Source: a candidate division FCPU426 bacterium (GTDB taxonomy: Bacteria; Oederibacteriota; Muellerivitia; Muellerivitales; Muellerivitaceae). From it: DNA of 64,000 bases. Of this stretch, positions 11,197 through 21,432 are shown one piece after another; positions within the stretch are counted from its first letter, which is position 1; each line of letters begins with the position of its first letter. The position numbers were made by a program, and so were the translations under genes. The notes under the pieces were generated by a model. That model was not told where the DNA came from. It did not search any database and saw only the letters and a program-made list of their open reading frames with translations. The stretch is taken from positions 366,234 through 430,233 of the forward strand of contig CAVYSE010000028.1 in the NCBI GenBank assembly GCA_963771075.1, written 5' to 3'.

Positions 11197-12219
11197 ATGA
11201 CCGTCAAGCAACTTGATCCCGGATATCTCAATGGTTGGCTGGAAGGCCTGCTCCTCAACCAAACTCTCGTCGCGCCCGTTGAGAAAAACGGGCATTTCGC
11301 CTTCGAGGCCGTCAGTCGCGTGAGCGACATCCGCCTCGATTACGACGTGACCACGCTCCCCCCAAGAAATTCCTTCTGCCGCCCAAGGAAGTGCTGGTGA
11401 CCTTCCACAACGGCGTCCCATTACCAGAGTGTCTTCCAGGCCGATCCTTTCATTCTCTTCGGCGTGCATCCCTACGACGTGCTGGCCATCTCGCAGATGG
11501 ACCAGGTTTTCAGCGGAAACCAGAAGGATGAGCACTACCTGGCCCGACGGGCGCAGTGTTCCATCGTGGCGCTGGACCCGCTCACCATCTCCCCCAACAA
11601 TTTTTCCGCCTGCATGAACGCCGGGATGGTGAAGGAAGGCTGGGACGTGCTGCTTTCCAAGGTCGGGGACGTTTTTCTCGCCGAGGCCAAGACCGAAAAG
11701 GGCCTGGCCCTGATGCGCTATCTCGCGCCCACGCCCGCGGCCACGCCCGAGCAATTGGCGGCCCGTGAAAAGATGTGGGAGGCCAACCTGCAAACCCAGC
11801 AAAAGCACAAGCTCAAATGCGCCGCCGAGGACCTGCCCGACCTTTTGGGCCGCAATTACGACCATCCCCTTTGGCAGGAAAGGGCGAACCTCTGCTTTTC
11901 CTGCGGGGCCTGCAACATCGTCTGCCCCACCTGCTACTGCTTCGACGTGCAGGACGACGTGGACTGGAGCCTGAATTGCGGGACCCGCTGCCGGTCCTGG
12001 GACGGCTGCCTCTTGCGGGACTTCGCCACCGTGGCGGGGGGGCATAATTTCCGCAACCGTTCGGCGGAACGTTTCCGCCACCGTTTTTACCGGAAAGCGA
12101 AGTATATGCCTGAAAAAATGGGCGAACTGACCTGCGTGGGCTGCGGCCGATGTGTCAGCGCCTGCGTAGCGAAGATCTCGAATCCGGTCGAAGTCTACAA
12201 CAAACTTTGGGGGGAATAA
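11197..12219 (+). CDS. hydB: Group 3b (sulf)hydrogenase beta subunit (4Fe-4S), frameshifted near 11365-11430
   Basis: CFSCGACNIVCPTCYCF, RCRSWDGC, GGHNFR and CVGCGRC motifs; GGAGG RBS before the ATG at 11197. Confidence 0.88.
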
Positions 12220-12221
12220 CC

Positions 12222-13082
12222 ATGGCCACCACCGCCGAGCAAAAACAGGAAACCCTGACGCCGCACGATATTTACCTGCCCCAACCCGCCACCCTGACGC
12301 GGGTGGAAACCATGACCGCGGTCGACTCCTTTTTCGAGGTCCGCATGGACTCCGGGGCCGACCTGGGCCATATGCCCGGCCAATTCGTGGAGGTCTCCGT
12401 GACCGGCGTCGGCGAGGCGCCCATCTCGATCTCCTCCTCCCCGACCCGGCCCGGGACCTTTCAGATGGTGATCCGCCGCATCGGAAACGTCACCCAGGCG
12501 CTGCACCGCAAGAAAGCGGGGGATAAGATCGGCATCCGGGGACCTTTCGGCACGGTGTTTCCCGTGGACACCGACATGAGGGGCAAGAACGTCCTCTTCG
12601 TCGGGGGCGGGATCGGGCTGGTGCCCCTGCGCTCCGCCATCCAGTACGTCCTGGACCGCCGGAAGGATTACGGCCGGGTGATCATCCTGTCCGGGACCCG
12701 GTCCCCCGCGGACCGCCTCTTCCTGGAGGACCTGGAGGAATGGAAAAAACAACCCGACGTGATGGTCCTGGAAACAGTGGACCAGGCTTCCCCCGACTGG
12801 AAAGGCCATGTGGGAGTGATCACTTCCCTCTTCCCCATGGTCAAGCTCACCGGAGGGCCCTGGGCCTCCGTGATCTGCGGACCCCCGATCATGTACAAGT
12901 TCGTCATCAAGGAATTGAGGCACCTGCAGGTTCCCAACCAGAACATTTTCGTTTCCCTGGAGCGGCGAATGAAATGCGGGGTCGGCAAGTGCGGCCACTG
13001 CCAGATCAACGGACTCTACGTCTGCCAGGACGGGCCGGTATTCCGCTACAAGGAACTTTTTGACCTTCAGGAGGCCCTCTAA
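12222..13082 (+). CDS. hydG: Group 3b hydrogenase gamma subunit (FAD/NAD(P)-binding)
   Basis: GEAPISISS, GGGIGLVP, CGPPIM and ERRMKCGVGKCGHC motifs. Confidence 0.9.
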   Translation: MATTAEQKQETLTPHDIYLPQPATLTRVETMTAVDSFFEVRMDSGADLGHMPGQFVEVSVTGVGEAPISISSSPTRPGTFQMVIRRIGNVTQALHRKKAGDKIGIRGPFGTVFPVDTDMRGKNVLFVGGGIGLVPLRSAIQYVLDRRKDYGRVIILSGTRSPADRLFLEDLEEWKKQPDVMVLETVDQASPDWKGHVGVITSLFPMVKLTGGPWASVICGPPIMYKFVIKELRHLQVPNQNIFVSLERRMKCGVGKCGHCQINGLYVCQDGPVFRYKELFDLQEAL

Positions 13083-13834
13083 TGGCTAAACCCAAAGTCG
13101 CCATATTCGATTTCGCCTGCTGCGAGGGTTGCCAGCTGCAGGTGGTCAACATGGAGGAGGCCCTGCTGGACCTCCTCAACGTGGTGGACGTGGTGGAATG
13201 GCGCGAGGCCATGAGCGAGCAAAGCGAGGTCTTCGATATCGCCCTCATCGAGGGTTCCATCACCCGCGCCCAGGACGAGGAAAAACTGCAGCGCATCCGG
13301 AAGAAGGCCGGCATCCTGGTCTCGCTCGGCGCCTGCGCCGTCTCCGGAGGCGTCCTGAACCTCAAAAACCAGCGCTCCAACGAGGATGCGGGCCAGGCCG
13401 TTTACGGCGACCGTTTCCACATGCCCCACTTGCAGACCGAGAGCGTCAAGGCGGTGAAGGACGTGGTGAAGGTGGATTACGAAATCCGGGGCTGTCCCAT
13501 CGACCGGAAGGAATTCAGCTACATCGTGCGGTGCCTGGCCCTGGGCCGGGAACCCTATGTTCCCAGCTATCCGGTCTGCGTGGAATGCCGCATCCGGGAA
13601 AACAGCTGCCTCTGGGAAAAAGGCGAGATCTGCCTGGGCCCCCTGAGCCGGGCCGGTTGCGACTCCAACTGTCCCAGCAAGGGCGCCCCCTGCGTGGGGT
13701 GCCGGGGTTTTTCCGAGGACGCCAACCCGGCGGCCATGAGCACCATCCTGAACCTTTACGGGAAAAAACCGCAAGACCTGGAAAGCCGCCTCGCCCTTTT
13801 CCTGAAACCCACCAAGGAGGCCGTCCATGCCTAA
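13082..13834 (+). CDS. hydD: Group 3b hydrogenase small (delta) subunit
   Basis: ACCEGCQ, GACA and GCP motifs; distal cluster motifs VCVEC, CLGP and CVGCRG. Confidence 0.9.
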   Translation: MAKPKVAIFDFACCEGCQLQVVNMEEALLDLLNVVDVVEWREAMSEQSEVFDIALIEGSITRAQDEEKLQRIRKKAGILVSLGACAVSGGVLNLKNQRSNEDAGQAVYGDRFHMPHLQTESVKAVKDVVKVDYEIRGCPIDRKEFSYIVRCLALGREPYVPSYPVCVECRIRENSCLWEKGEICLGPLSRAGCDSNCPSKGAPCVGCRGFSEDANPAAMSTILNLYGKKPQDLESRLALFLKPTKEAVHA

Positions 13835-15125
13835 GAACGTCAAGATCGATGTCCATCACGTCACCCGGATTGAGGGCCACGGCAACCTAGTGGTTCGGGC
13901 CGCGGACGGGAAGGTGGAAAAGGCCGAATGGCAGGTGCCCGAGGCCCCGCGATTCTTCGAATCCTTTGTGCGGGGTCGCAAGTGGGACGAGGTGCAGGGC
14001 GTGGTCTCGCGCATTTGCGGCATCTGCTCCATCAGCCACTCGCTGGCGGCCATCAAGGCCGTGGAAAACGCCTTCAAGATCCAGCTGACCGAGGAACTGA
14101 ACCAGCTTCGCACCCTCACCCACTATTCGGAAATGCTTCAGAGCCACGTGTTGCACGTGGGTTACCTGATCGCGCCGGACCTTCTGGGCGTGAAATCGGT
14201 GGTGCCCCTGGTGGAGACCCACCTGGCCGTGGTGAAAAAGATCGTGGCCCTTCACCGGGCCGCCAATGAGTGGTCGGACCTCTTGGCGGGCCGAACCACC
14301 CATCCCATCACCCTGGTGCCGGGAGGCTTTACCCGCATCCCCACCCAGCGCGAGTTCCGCGACCTGCACAAGCGCCTCAGCGACCTGGTTCCCCTGGCCC
14401 AGGAAGTGGCCGAGGTGGTCCTGTCCCTCGCCGACAAACTGCCCGGCTTCACGCGGGAGACCGAGTATGTGGCCCTGAAAAAACCCGGAATCTACGCCTT
14501 CTATGAGGGCGAGATCGCCTCCTCCGACCTGGGGGAGGTCACGAGCGTGAACCAGTTCGAGAAGGTGGTGAACGAGTACGTCACGCCCCAATCCACGGCC
14601 AAGTGGGCCCGCTGGCACCGAGACTCCTACGCGGTGGGGGCCCTCGCCCGCTATAACCTGAACCGGGAGGAGCTATCGCCCCTGGCCAAGAAATGGGCCC
14701 AGATGTTCGGCCTGGGGGAAAAGGTGATCAACCCCTATTTGAACTCGGTGGTCCAGCTGGTGGAATGCGCCCATGTGCTGGAGCATTCCCTCTCGATGTT
14801 GGAAGGGATGATGACGAACCCGCCCAAAACTGCGAAGGTGGAATTTCAGGTGAGAGCGGGCAACGGCGCCGCCGCGGTGGAGGCCCCGAGGGGCATCCTG
14901 TTCCACCGCTACCAGTTCAACGAGGACGGGGTTTGCACCGCCGCCAACCTGTGCATTCCGACCAACCAGAACCACGGGAACCTGCAGAAAGACGTGGAAG
15001 CCCTGGTCCCTTCCATCCTCAACCTGAGTCAGAACGACATCCAGAAGTACCTGGAGATGCTGGTCCGCTCCTATGATCCCTGCGTGTCCTGTTCGACCCA
15101 TTACCTGGACGTCAAGTTCGTTTAA
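13827..15125 (+). CDS. hydA: Group 3b [NiFe]-hydrogenase large (alpha) subunit
   Basis: TRIEGHG, EAPRFFE, L1 motif SRICGICSISH and L2 motif DPCVSCSTH. Confidence 0.93.
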   Translation: MPKNVKIDVHHVTRIEGHGNLVVRAADGKVEKAEWQVPEAPRFFESFVRGRKWDEVQGVVSRICGICSISHSLAAIKAVENAFKIQLTEELNQLRTLTHYSEMLQSHVLHVGYLIAPDLLGVKSVVPLVETHLAVVKKIVALHRAANEWSDLLAGRTTHPITLVPGGFTRIPTQREFRDLHKRLSDLVPLAQEVAEVVLSLADKLPGFTRETEYVALKKPGIYAFYEGEIASSDLGEVTSVNQFEKVVNEYVTPQSTAKWARWHRDSYAVGALARYNLNREELSPLAKKWAQMFGLGEKVINPYLNSVVQLVECAHVLEHSLSMLEGMMTNPPKTAKVEFQVRAGNGAAAVEAPRGILFHRYQFNEDGVCTAANLCIPTNQNHGNLQKDVEALVPSILNLSQNDIQKYLEMLVRSYDPCVSCSTHYLDVKFV

Positions 15126-15161
15126 CGCCTGTCCGGGCGCCGGTTTCCCTATAATCTTCCC

Positions 15162-15641
15162 ATGGAAAACCGGCGCTCCCAACCCGATGCGATCGTGGCC
15201 CTCGGCAACCCCTTCATGGGGGATGAGGGTATCGGCCCCTTTTTGTTGGACCGTTTACGCAAGGATTCCCGACTGCCCTCCCAAGTAGACCTGATCGACA
15301 CGACCGGCAATATCCTGACCGCTCTTCACGCCCTTTCCGACCGCCGCAAGGTCATGTTTTTGGACTGCGCCCTCATGGGTTTAAAACCCGGAGATTTCCG
15401 CCTTTTTCACCCTTCCCAAGCGCAAACCGAAAAGAACCTGCCCGGGCTTTCCCTGCACGAGGGGGACCTTTTGGGGATGCTGCGAACCTCCGGGCTTTTG
15501 GGCGAATCGGCGGAAGAAGTGCTGATCTTTGGCGTCGAACCCGAAAGGGTGGAGCCGAAACAAGGCCTCTCGGCAACCCTTTCTTCCCGGCTGGACCAGT
15601 ATCTCTCGGAAATTTTGAGGGAATTCAAAAACCAGGTTTGA
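15162..15641 (+). CDS. Hydrogenase maturation protease
   Basis: LGNPFMGDEGIG and SLHE motifs; follows hydA. Confidence 0.9.
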   Translation: MENRRSQPDAIVALGNPFMGDEGIGPFLLDRLRKDSRLPSQVDLIDTTGNILTALHALSDRRKVMFLDCALMGLKPGDFRLFHPSQAQTEKNLPGLSLHEGDLLGMLRTSGLLGESAEEVLIFGVEPERVEPKQGLSATLSSRLDQYLSEILREFKNQV

Positions 15642-15914
15642 TTTTTCCGTTCTCTGTTCTGGTCCAAAATCGGTTGACCTCCACATGTAAAGAACCCGGA
15701 ATTCCGGGGGCATGGTTTCCTTCGGGATGAACGTTTTCTGAAAACGTTCAACTCTCCGCGATTGGGAAAACGTTAGGCCCAAAAAAAGGCAGTTCCCCCT
15801 TTCTCCTCCTCCCTCCCGGTGCTAATTTGAACTTGGGGGATCCCTCCCCTCCTTTCCCAAAACAATTTTCCAACCGCTTGAAATACGGAATCTTTTCACT
15901 TCCCGGAGGTTTCC

Positions 15915-18014
15915 ATGCCCAAACATCAAGTGGTTCCCTTGCCCTCGGATCATCTCGACCAGCTGCCGCTCTTGGGCCATGATTTAAAAACGGCCTTGAG
16001 CTACGCTTCTTTTTATTCCGTCGAGAGTCCGTTCGTCTCGCAGTCCATCCAAAAATTCCACAAATCCCTGACGCGGTTGATCGAAAAGATCGGTCCCCTT
16101 TTCATTTGGCGCAGGGATTCGAAACTTTATTTGAACGGCACCGAATGGACCGACATGTTCGATTTCACGGAGACCCTGGAGAACAAGGGTATGGACGGGA
16201 TCGAAGTCCAGGCCCACCTCTCGGTGGGGGAACTGACCCTCTGGCTGAAATGGGCCACCTTTCCGGTGGCGAAACCCAACCCGGAGTTGAGGGCCCATTG
16301 CCCCCATTTGCGCTTCCTGGATAAGGAAGAAACTGAGACCTTTGAGTTGCCTTCCCCGTCCCTCGGGGAAGAGGTTCTGGTGGACGATTCCCCCGAGGTT
16401 CCGGAATCCGTGGTCCCCTCAGCGGCTGAAAAGACTCCGGGAACGAAAGCGGCCCAGGCGGGGAAGAAACCCGAACCATCTCGCCCGGCACTTGGAACAC
16501 CCAAGGAATTAAATACTCCCCTACCACAAGAAACTCCGGCCCGGGAAACCCTTTTAAGTTTCCTGGCGGAGGCATGGCAACACGCCCAGCTCCAACGCCG
16601 ATTGGTGGGAACCAGCGCGGAATCGGCGACCCTGACCCAATCCTTTGAGAAACTTTTCGGCAGGCTCTTGGACCGCATCGAAAATAACGGGCCCGAGTTC
16701 GAGCATATCGCTCGGTGGTTCAAGGCCAACGAAGGCGACCTGATGGACAGGAACTCCTCGGAAGCTATGGTTCCGCTGATGGAAACGGCGGTTGAACATG
16801 ACTGGACCTCCGTTCTCTTTGATCCCTCCACAGCGGGCTTGGTGAACGACTGCCTGGCCCATTGGGGAGCCACCGGCAAATCCGGTCTGGTTGAGAAAAC
16901 CGTAACACGCCTGGCGGAGGGCCTGACCGGAGACCGCTATGAGCGGGAACTGGCCCTGACCCATTTGATGGACGCTCGCCCCTGGGTGCACCGCCGTGAG
17001 CTGGTGGATAGGGTGCTGGAGAATCTCAACCTTCTGTTGGCCAACGAGACCTCCCCTTCCCTCTATCAAAGCGGCTTACTCCTGGCGTGGGACCTGGTGG
17101 AGCCGGCCCTCCAAACCACCAACGAGTCGCACGTGCTGAACCTCCTGGCAACCCTTCATTTCCACGCCGATGAGGACAACTCCGCCTTTCCCGACCGCAA
17201 CCGAATCGCCCGCCATTGGCTCTTTGAGCGGTCCAACGCCGAGCTCGTGAGGAAGCTGGCGGGCTGCGCTTTCCATGCCGGACAATTGAGGCACTTTCCG
17301 CTTTTGGGGGAAATGGCCGCTCCCCTGCTCCTGCAGGATTTTGTCCAAGCCCCGCCAGAGGAAAAGCCCAACCTGATTCCGATCCTCTCCGAATTGCGTG
17401 AGCCGGTCCAATCCGTTTTGGCCGAGCAATTGGCGGAAATGAATGAGGAAGAGGAAGTAAAATCCCTTTTCCCCCTTCTACGCGTCTCGGGTTTCGACCC
17501 CTCCCTGGGCCTTCTCTTGGCGGGTTGGCTCTCCCGGGGAAGCCATGACCTCAAGTTGAGGTTGCTGGCCCTGATCGAGGAATTGAAAGACCCCATTTCC
17601 GGGTTGGCCCTCCGCCTGGCTTTGTTCGACGATTCGGAGGAAATCGCGGCGCGGGCGGCACGGGTAGCGGGACGGATCGGCTACCAGGCGGCGCTTCCGG
17701 TGCTGTTCAAGGCGGCTAAGCTTCGGGAAGGGCGCTTCCCCAACAACGATCAATACTTGATCGCGGTCTGCCAGGCCCTGGGTGAACTCCGGGCCCCCGA
17801 TAGCTTGAACTTGTTGGAGGATTTCGCGCGGAAAAAACCCCTTCTCCGGGGCAAGAATTATTCCCTGAAGGTGCGTTTGGCGGCTATCGACGCCCTGATC
17901 CGGCTCCAGAAACCCGAGGCTTGGGAATTCGTGGAAACGCTGATGGAGGAAAAAAACCCGGCCCTTCAGGAAGCCTTGGAGATGCTGATCCAAGAGCAGA
18001 CGCCGAACATTTGA
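15915..18014 (+). CDS. HEAT-repeat-containing hypothetical protein
   Basis: 699-aa ORF with GGAGG RBS and helical C-terminal repeats (ALFDDSEEIAARAARVAG, VRLAAIDALIRL). Confidence 0.7.
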   Translation: MPKHQVVPLPSDHLDQLPLLGHDLKTALSYASFYSVESPFVSQSIQKFHKSLTRLIEKIGPLFIWRRDSKLYLNGTEWTDMFDFTETLENKGMDGIEVQAHLSVGELTLWLKWATFPVAKPNPELRAHCPHLRFLDKEETETFELPSPSLGEEVLVDDSPEVPESVVPSAAEKTPGTKAAQAGKKPEPSRPALGTPKELNTPLPQETPARETLLSFLAEAWQHAQLQRRLVGTSAESATLTQSFEKLFGRLLDRIENNGPEFEHIARWFKANEGDLMDRNSSEAMVPLMETAVEHDWTSVLFDPSTAGLVNDCLAHWGATGKSGLVEKTVTRLAEGLTGDRYERELALTHLMDARPWVHRRELVDRVLENLNLLLANETSPSLYQSGLLLAWDLVEPALQTTNESHVLNLLATLHFHADEDNSAFPDRNRIARHWLFERSNAELVRKLAGCAFHAGQLRHFPLLGEMAAPLLLQDFVQAPPEEKPNLIPILSELREPVQSVLAEQLAEMNEEEEVKSLFPLLRVSGFDPSLGLLLAGWLSRGSHDLKLRLLALIEELKDPISGLALRLALFDDSEEIAARAARVAGRIGYQAALPVLFKAAKLREGRFPNNDQYLIAVCQALGELRAPDSLNLLEDFARKKPLLRGKNYSLKVRLAAIDALIRLQKPEAWEFVETLMEEKNPALQEALEMLIQEQTPNI

Positions 18015-18041
18015 TTATTTTATAAAAAGCGGTGTCAACCC

Positions 18042-19055
18042 TCAAAACAGTGAGAGTTGATCCTGGGAAATAAAGGACGATTTCCGACGCCTGGCTTTCA
18101 GGACCGCCTCTCCAAAAACGGGAGTGGCGTTCGGGGAGGGTAAGCTAGCGGCCGCTTCCGATGCCACGGCGGGCGGCAACTCCCGCACCAGGGGGGAAGC
18201 CGGTGTATCGGAGGCATTCCCTTCTTTTTGGCGCCTTTTGTTCTCCACGAAAGCCTGCCCGTCCGCGCAAAGGGTCAGATATTCGCACCATCCGCAAAGA
18301 GCGCTGGTCTTGGTCGGATAATCCTGGGTCTTCTCGATGGTTTTGATCTTGCTGATGTATTTTTGCTTGAGCCATTCGATTTCCTTGGCATTGCGCTCCC
18401 CCACCACCTGGTCCTTCTCGAAGGCCACGAAATGCCAGATGTGCTTGATCTTTTCCTTCGTCCCGTAGCGGGGATGCTGGATTAGGCCGATCTGGTAGAG
18501 GGCCAATTGGTCCTCGTTCTTCACGTCTTCCTCGCTCATTTTCCGGGAGCTGGTCTTGTAGTCGTGGATCCAAAGCACATTATCCTCGTCCCGGCCCAGC
18601 CGGTCGATAAAACCCTGCATGCGGTATTGTTTTTGGGTATCCAGGTCAAAGGTGACCTTCATCTCGATGGCTTCCGTCTTGTCCTGGTCGAAGGGATGGT
18701 ATTGGTGGTAATAATTTTCCAGGTAGAGCTGGCCCTTTTGGAAGTAATCCTCCATCGTTTCCCCGGGACGGACGATCCTTAGGGGGCTTTCGAAGTTTTT
18801 TTGTTTTTGTTTCTCGATGGCCGCCCGATATTCGTTTTGCCAGTGTTGCTTGAAGTAATCCATCAGCTCATTGACCGTGGGCACCCGCTCGGGGATCTGG
18901 TGATAGAGGTATTCCATGGTTTCGTGGAACCGGGAACCCAAAAACAGTTCCACCCCCTCCGAGACCGGGGAGGGCAGCTTGAGGATGTAGCGGTATTGGA
19001 ATTGCGCGGGGCAGGTAAAGTAAGTGTTGATGCGGGAATAGGAATAAACCGTCAT
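18042..19055 (-). CDS. PD-(D/E)XK RecB/Cas4-like nuclease
   Basis: YSYSRINTYFTCP, GFIDR, HDYKT, QLALY and LCGWCEYLTLC motifs. Confidence 0.88.
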   Translation of the reverse strand: MTVYSYSRINTYFTCPAQFQYRYILKLPSPVSEGVELFLGSRFHETMEYLYHQIPERVPTVNELMDYFKQHWQNEYRAAIEKQKQKNFESPLRIVRPGETMEDYFQKGQLYLENYYHQYHPFDQDKTEAIEMKVTFDLDTQKQYRMQGFIDRLGRDEDNVLWIHDYKTSSRKMSEEDVKNEDQLALYQIGLIQHPRYGTKEKIKHIWHFVAFEKDQVVGERNAKEIEWLKQKYISKIKTIEKTQDYPTKTSALCGWCEYLTLCADGQAFVENKRRQKEGNASDTPASPLVRELPPAVASEAAASLPSPNATPVFGEAVLKARRRKSSFISQDQLSLF

Positions 19056-19110
19056 GACCGGATTATAACGGTCCAATCCCAAATTGTCGAACGCCGAACT
19101 TTTCGAATGC

Positions 19111-19593
19111 CTAATTCAGGCGATGGACCAGGTGGCAGATCCCATCGGTGAGATACAATTCCAGCCGAGCCTTCCGGTCCTGCCAAACATAGGTCCTTCC
19201 TCCCCATCTTTGTTGGAAGCCCGGATTGCCCAGTTTCTGGGTCCACAGGGCCAACAGCTCCTTTTCCTTGGAGTCGGTCATGCTGGAATGGAACCGCCAC
19301 TCGATCCGAACAAGGGTTTTAGTCTTCACGTTGAAAAAGAAATAAAATCCCATGACCGAGGGGTCCCGGCTCACCCCGCGGTAAACCAGTTCCGACTCGT
19401 TGCTCATGGTTTGATCCAGCTGAAGGGGTTTGGTGGAAAAGAGAAACCAGTCGGTCTTGACATCATCAAGCCGGGCGCAAAGGGTCAAGTCCTCGGCCAC
19501 CTGTAATTTCGAAAGACCCCGATCCTGCAGGCTGCAGGCTGAAACCAGCAATAGGACCCCAAAGATCCCATACCAGCGTAATAAGGAAAGCAT
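19111..19593 (-). CDS. Hypothetical lipoprotein
   Basis: Hydrophobic N-terminus with lipobox-like LLVSAC. Confidence 0.55.
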   Translation of the reverse strand: MLSLLRWYGIFGVLLLVSACSLQDRGLSKLQVAEDLTLCARLDDVKTDWFLFSTKPLQLDQTMSNESELVYRGVSRDPSVMGFYFFFNVKTKTLVRIEWRFHSSMTDSKEKELLALWTQKLGNPGFQQRWGGRTYVWQDRKARLELYLTDGICHLVHRLN

Positions 19594-19695
19594 GGACGAC
19601 CCCCGCCCCCTAGCATAAATCCAACAAGGCTTTTTTTCTAATCACGCCTTTGTTAAAGTCGGGAATCCTTTCATATCCTTTATCCGGAGCCTTTC

Positions 19696-21432
19696 ATGCC
19701 CCTGCTGAATCCCGCCTCCCTGCCACACGATTTTCCGCGTGTTTTCGTCCCTCCCCAAGCGGATTTGGGGGATTGGCTCACAGTGGAAAAACTATTCGCC
19801 TCGCTGGAACATCGGCCCCTTTCCTCCCGACAAGACCTAGAACGCTGGATGAAGGATCTGGGGGAATTCGAGGATACACTGGATGAAGAAGGTTCCCTAC
19901 GCTATATCCGCATGACCTGCGCCACGGACGACCCCCAGACCGAGCAGGCCTACCTGGACTTTCTCCAGAATGTTTCCGAACCCAGCAAATCCAGGTTTTT
20001 TGCCTTGCTCAAGAAATATTGGGAGTGCCCCTACCGCGCCAAGTTGCCTCCGGAAAATTTCAAGCTTTTTGACCGTTCGGTCGAGAACCAGCTTGCCCTC
20101 TACCGCGAGGAGAATATCCCGCTGGAAACCGAGGTGGAGAAGCTTTCCCAGCAATACCAAAAACTAAGCGGCACCCTGACAGTGAATTATGAGGGAAAGG
20201 AGCAGACCCTCCAGCAAATGGGGCGCTACCAGGAAACGACGGACCGGGCCAAACGGGAGGAAACCTGGCGCCTGACCGCTGAAAGGCGCTTGAAGGAGAA
20301 AGACGCCTTCGAGGAACTCTTCGACCAGATGCTTCGAGCGAGGATAAGGATCGGCCAGAACGCCGGTTTCGGCAATTACCGCGATTACGCATTCCGTCGG
20401 AAGGAACGGTTCGACTATTCGCCCGCCGATTGCGAGGCTTTCCACGAGAGCGCCGAAAAGGCCATCAAGCCGTTGGTGCACAAAATCCAGCGTAAACGGG
20501 CCGAAAAGATGGGGTTGGATCAGCTAAGGCCGTGGGACCTTTCCGTTGATCCGGAAGGCAAGCCGCCCCTCAAACCCTTCGAGAAGATGGAAACGCTCGC
20601 CGAATCGTGTGAAAGAATCCTCAGACAGGTGGATCCCGAATTTGGGGACCAGTTCAAGACCATGCGCGACCTAGGCCTGCTGGACCTGGAATCACGCAAG
20701 GGCAAGGCCCCCGGCGGATACAACACCACCCTTTCCGAGTCCCGACTTCCCTTTATCTTCATGAACGCGGTGGGGATGGACAATGACGTGCGAACCCTTC
20801 TGCATGAGGGAGGGCACGCCATGCATGGTTACGCCTCCCGCATGATCCTCTTCTCACCCTACCGCCACGCGCCCATGGAATTCTGCGAGGTGGCCTCCAT
20901 GAGTATGGAATTGATGGCGGACCCCTTCCTGGGAGAGGTCTACCCCGACCCGAGGGACGCGGCACGGTCCATCCGCCGCCATTTGGAGGACGTCATCCTC
21001 CTCTTGCCTTGGATCGCCACCATCGATGCCTTCCAGCACTGGATCTACACCCATCCGGGACACGGCCGGGAAGAAAGGTCCGCCTTTTGGGTTTCCATAC
21101 GTCGAAGGCTGGGCGGGATGGAGAATTGGACCGGACTGGAGGAGATCCAGTCTTCCCTCTGGCACCGCCAGCTGCATATCTTTGAGTATCCCTTCTATTA
21201 CATCGAATACGGCATCGCCCAGTTGGGAGCGCTCCAGGTCTGGAAGAATTTCAGGAAGGACCGGAAAGAGGGGGTCCGTCTTTATAAACAGGGCCTGGCG
21301 GTGGGAGGCAGCCAAACCTTACCCGAGATATTCAATTCCGCCGGGATCCGCTTCGATTTCAGTTCGAGGATGATCCAACCATTGATGGAAGAAGTAGAAC
21401 AGGAACTGGAGCGGTTGGAAAAGGTTAATTGA
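19696..21432 (+). CDS. M3 family oligoendopeptidase
   Basis: HEGGH, EVASMSME, GKAPGGY and PFYYIEYGIAQLGA motifs. Confidence 0.93.
   Translation: MPLLNPASLPHDFPRVFVPPQADLGDWLTVEKLFASLEHRPLSSRQDLERWMKDLGEFEDTLDEEGSLRYIRMTCATDDPQTEQAYLDFLQNVSEPSKSRFFALLKKYWECPYRAKLPPENFKLFDRSVENQLALYREENIPLETEVEKLSQQYQKLSGTLTVNYEGKEQTLQQMGRYQETTDRAKREETWRLTAERRLKEKDAFEELFDQMLRARIRIGQNAGFGNYRDYAFRRKERFDYSPADCEAFHESAEKAIKPLVHKIQRKRAEKMGLDQLRPWDLSVDPEGKPPLKPFEKMETLAESCERILRQVDPEFGDQFKTMRDLGLLDLESRKGKAPGGYNTTLSESRLPFIFMNAVGMDNDVRTLLHEGGHAMHGYASRMILFSPYRHAPMEFCEVASMSMELMADPFLGEVYPDPRDAARSIRRHLEDVILLLPWIATIDAFQHWIYTHPGHGREERSAFWVSIRRRLGGMENWTGLEEIQSSLWHRQLHIFEYPFYYIEYGIAQLGALQVWKNFRKDRKEGVRLYKQGLAVGGSQTLPEIFNSAGIRFDFSSRMIQPLMEEVEQELERLEKVN

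Noticed and set aside
5768..15125. Selenocysteine-containing [NiFeSe] hydrogenase
   Set aside because: Both L2 motifs have Cys codons (DPCLSC, DPCVSC) with no in-frame TGA.
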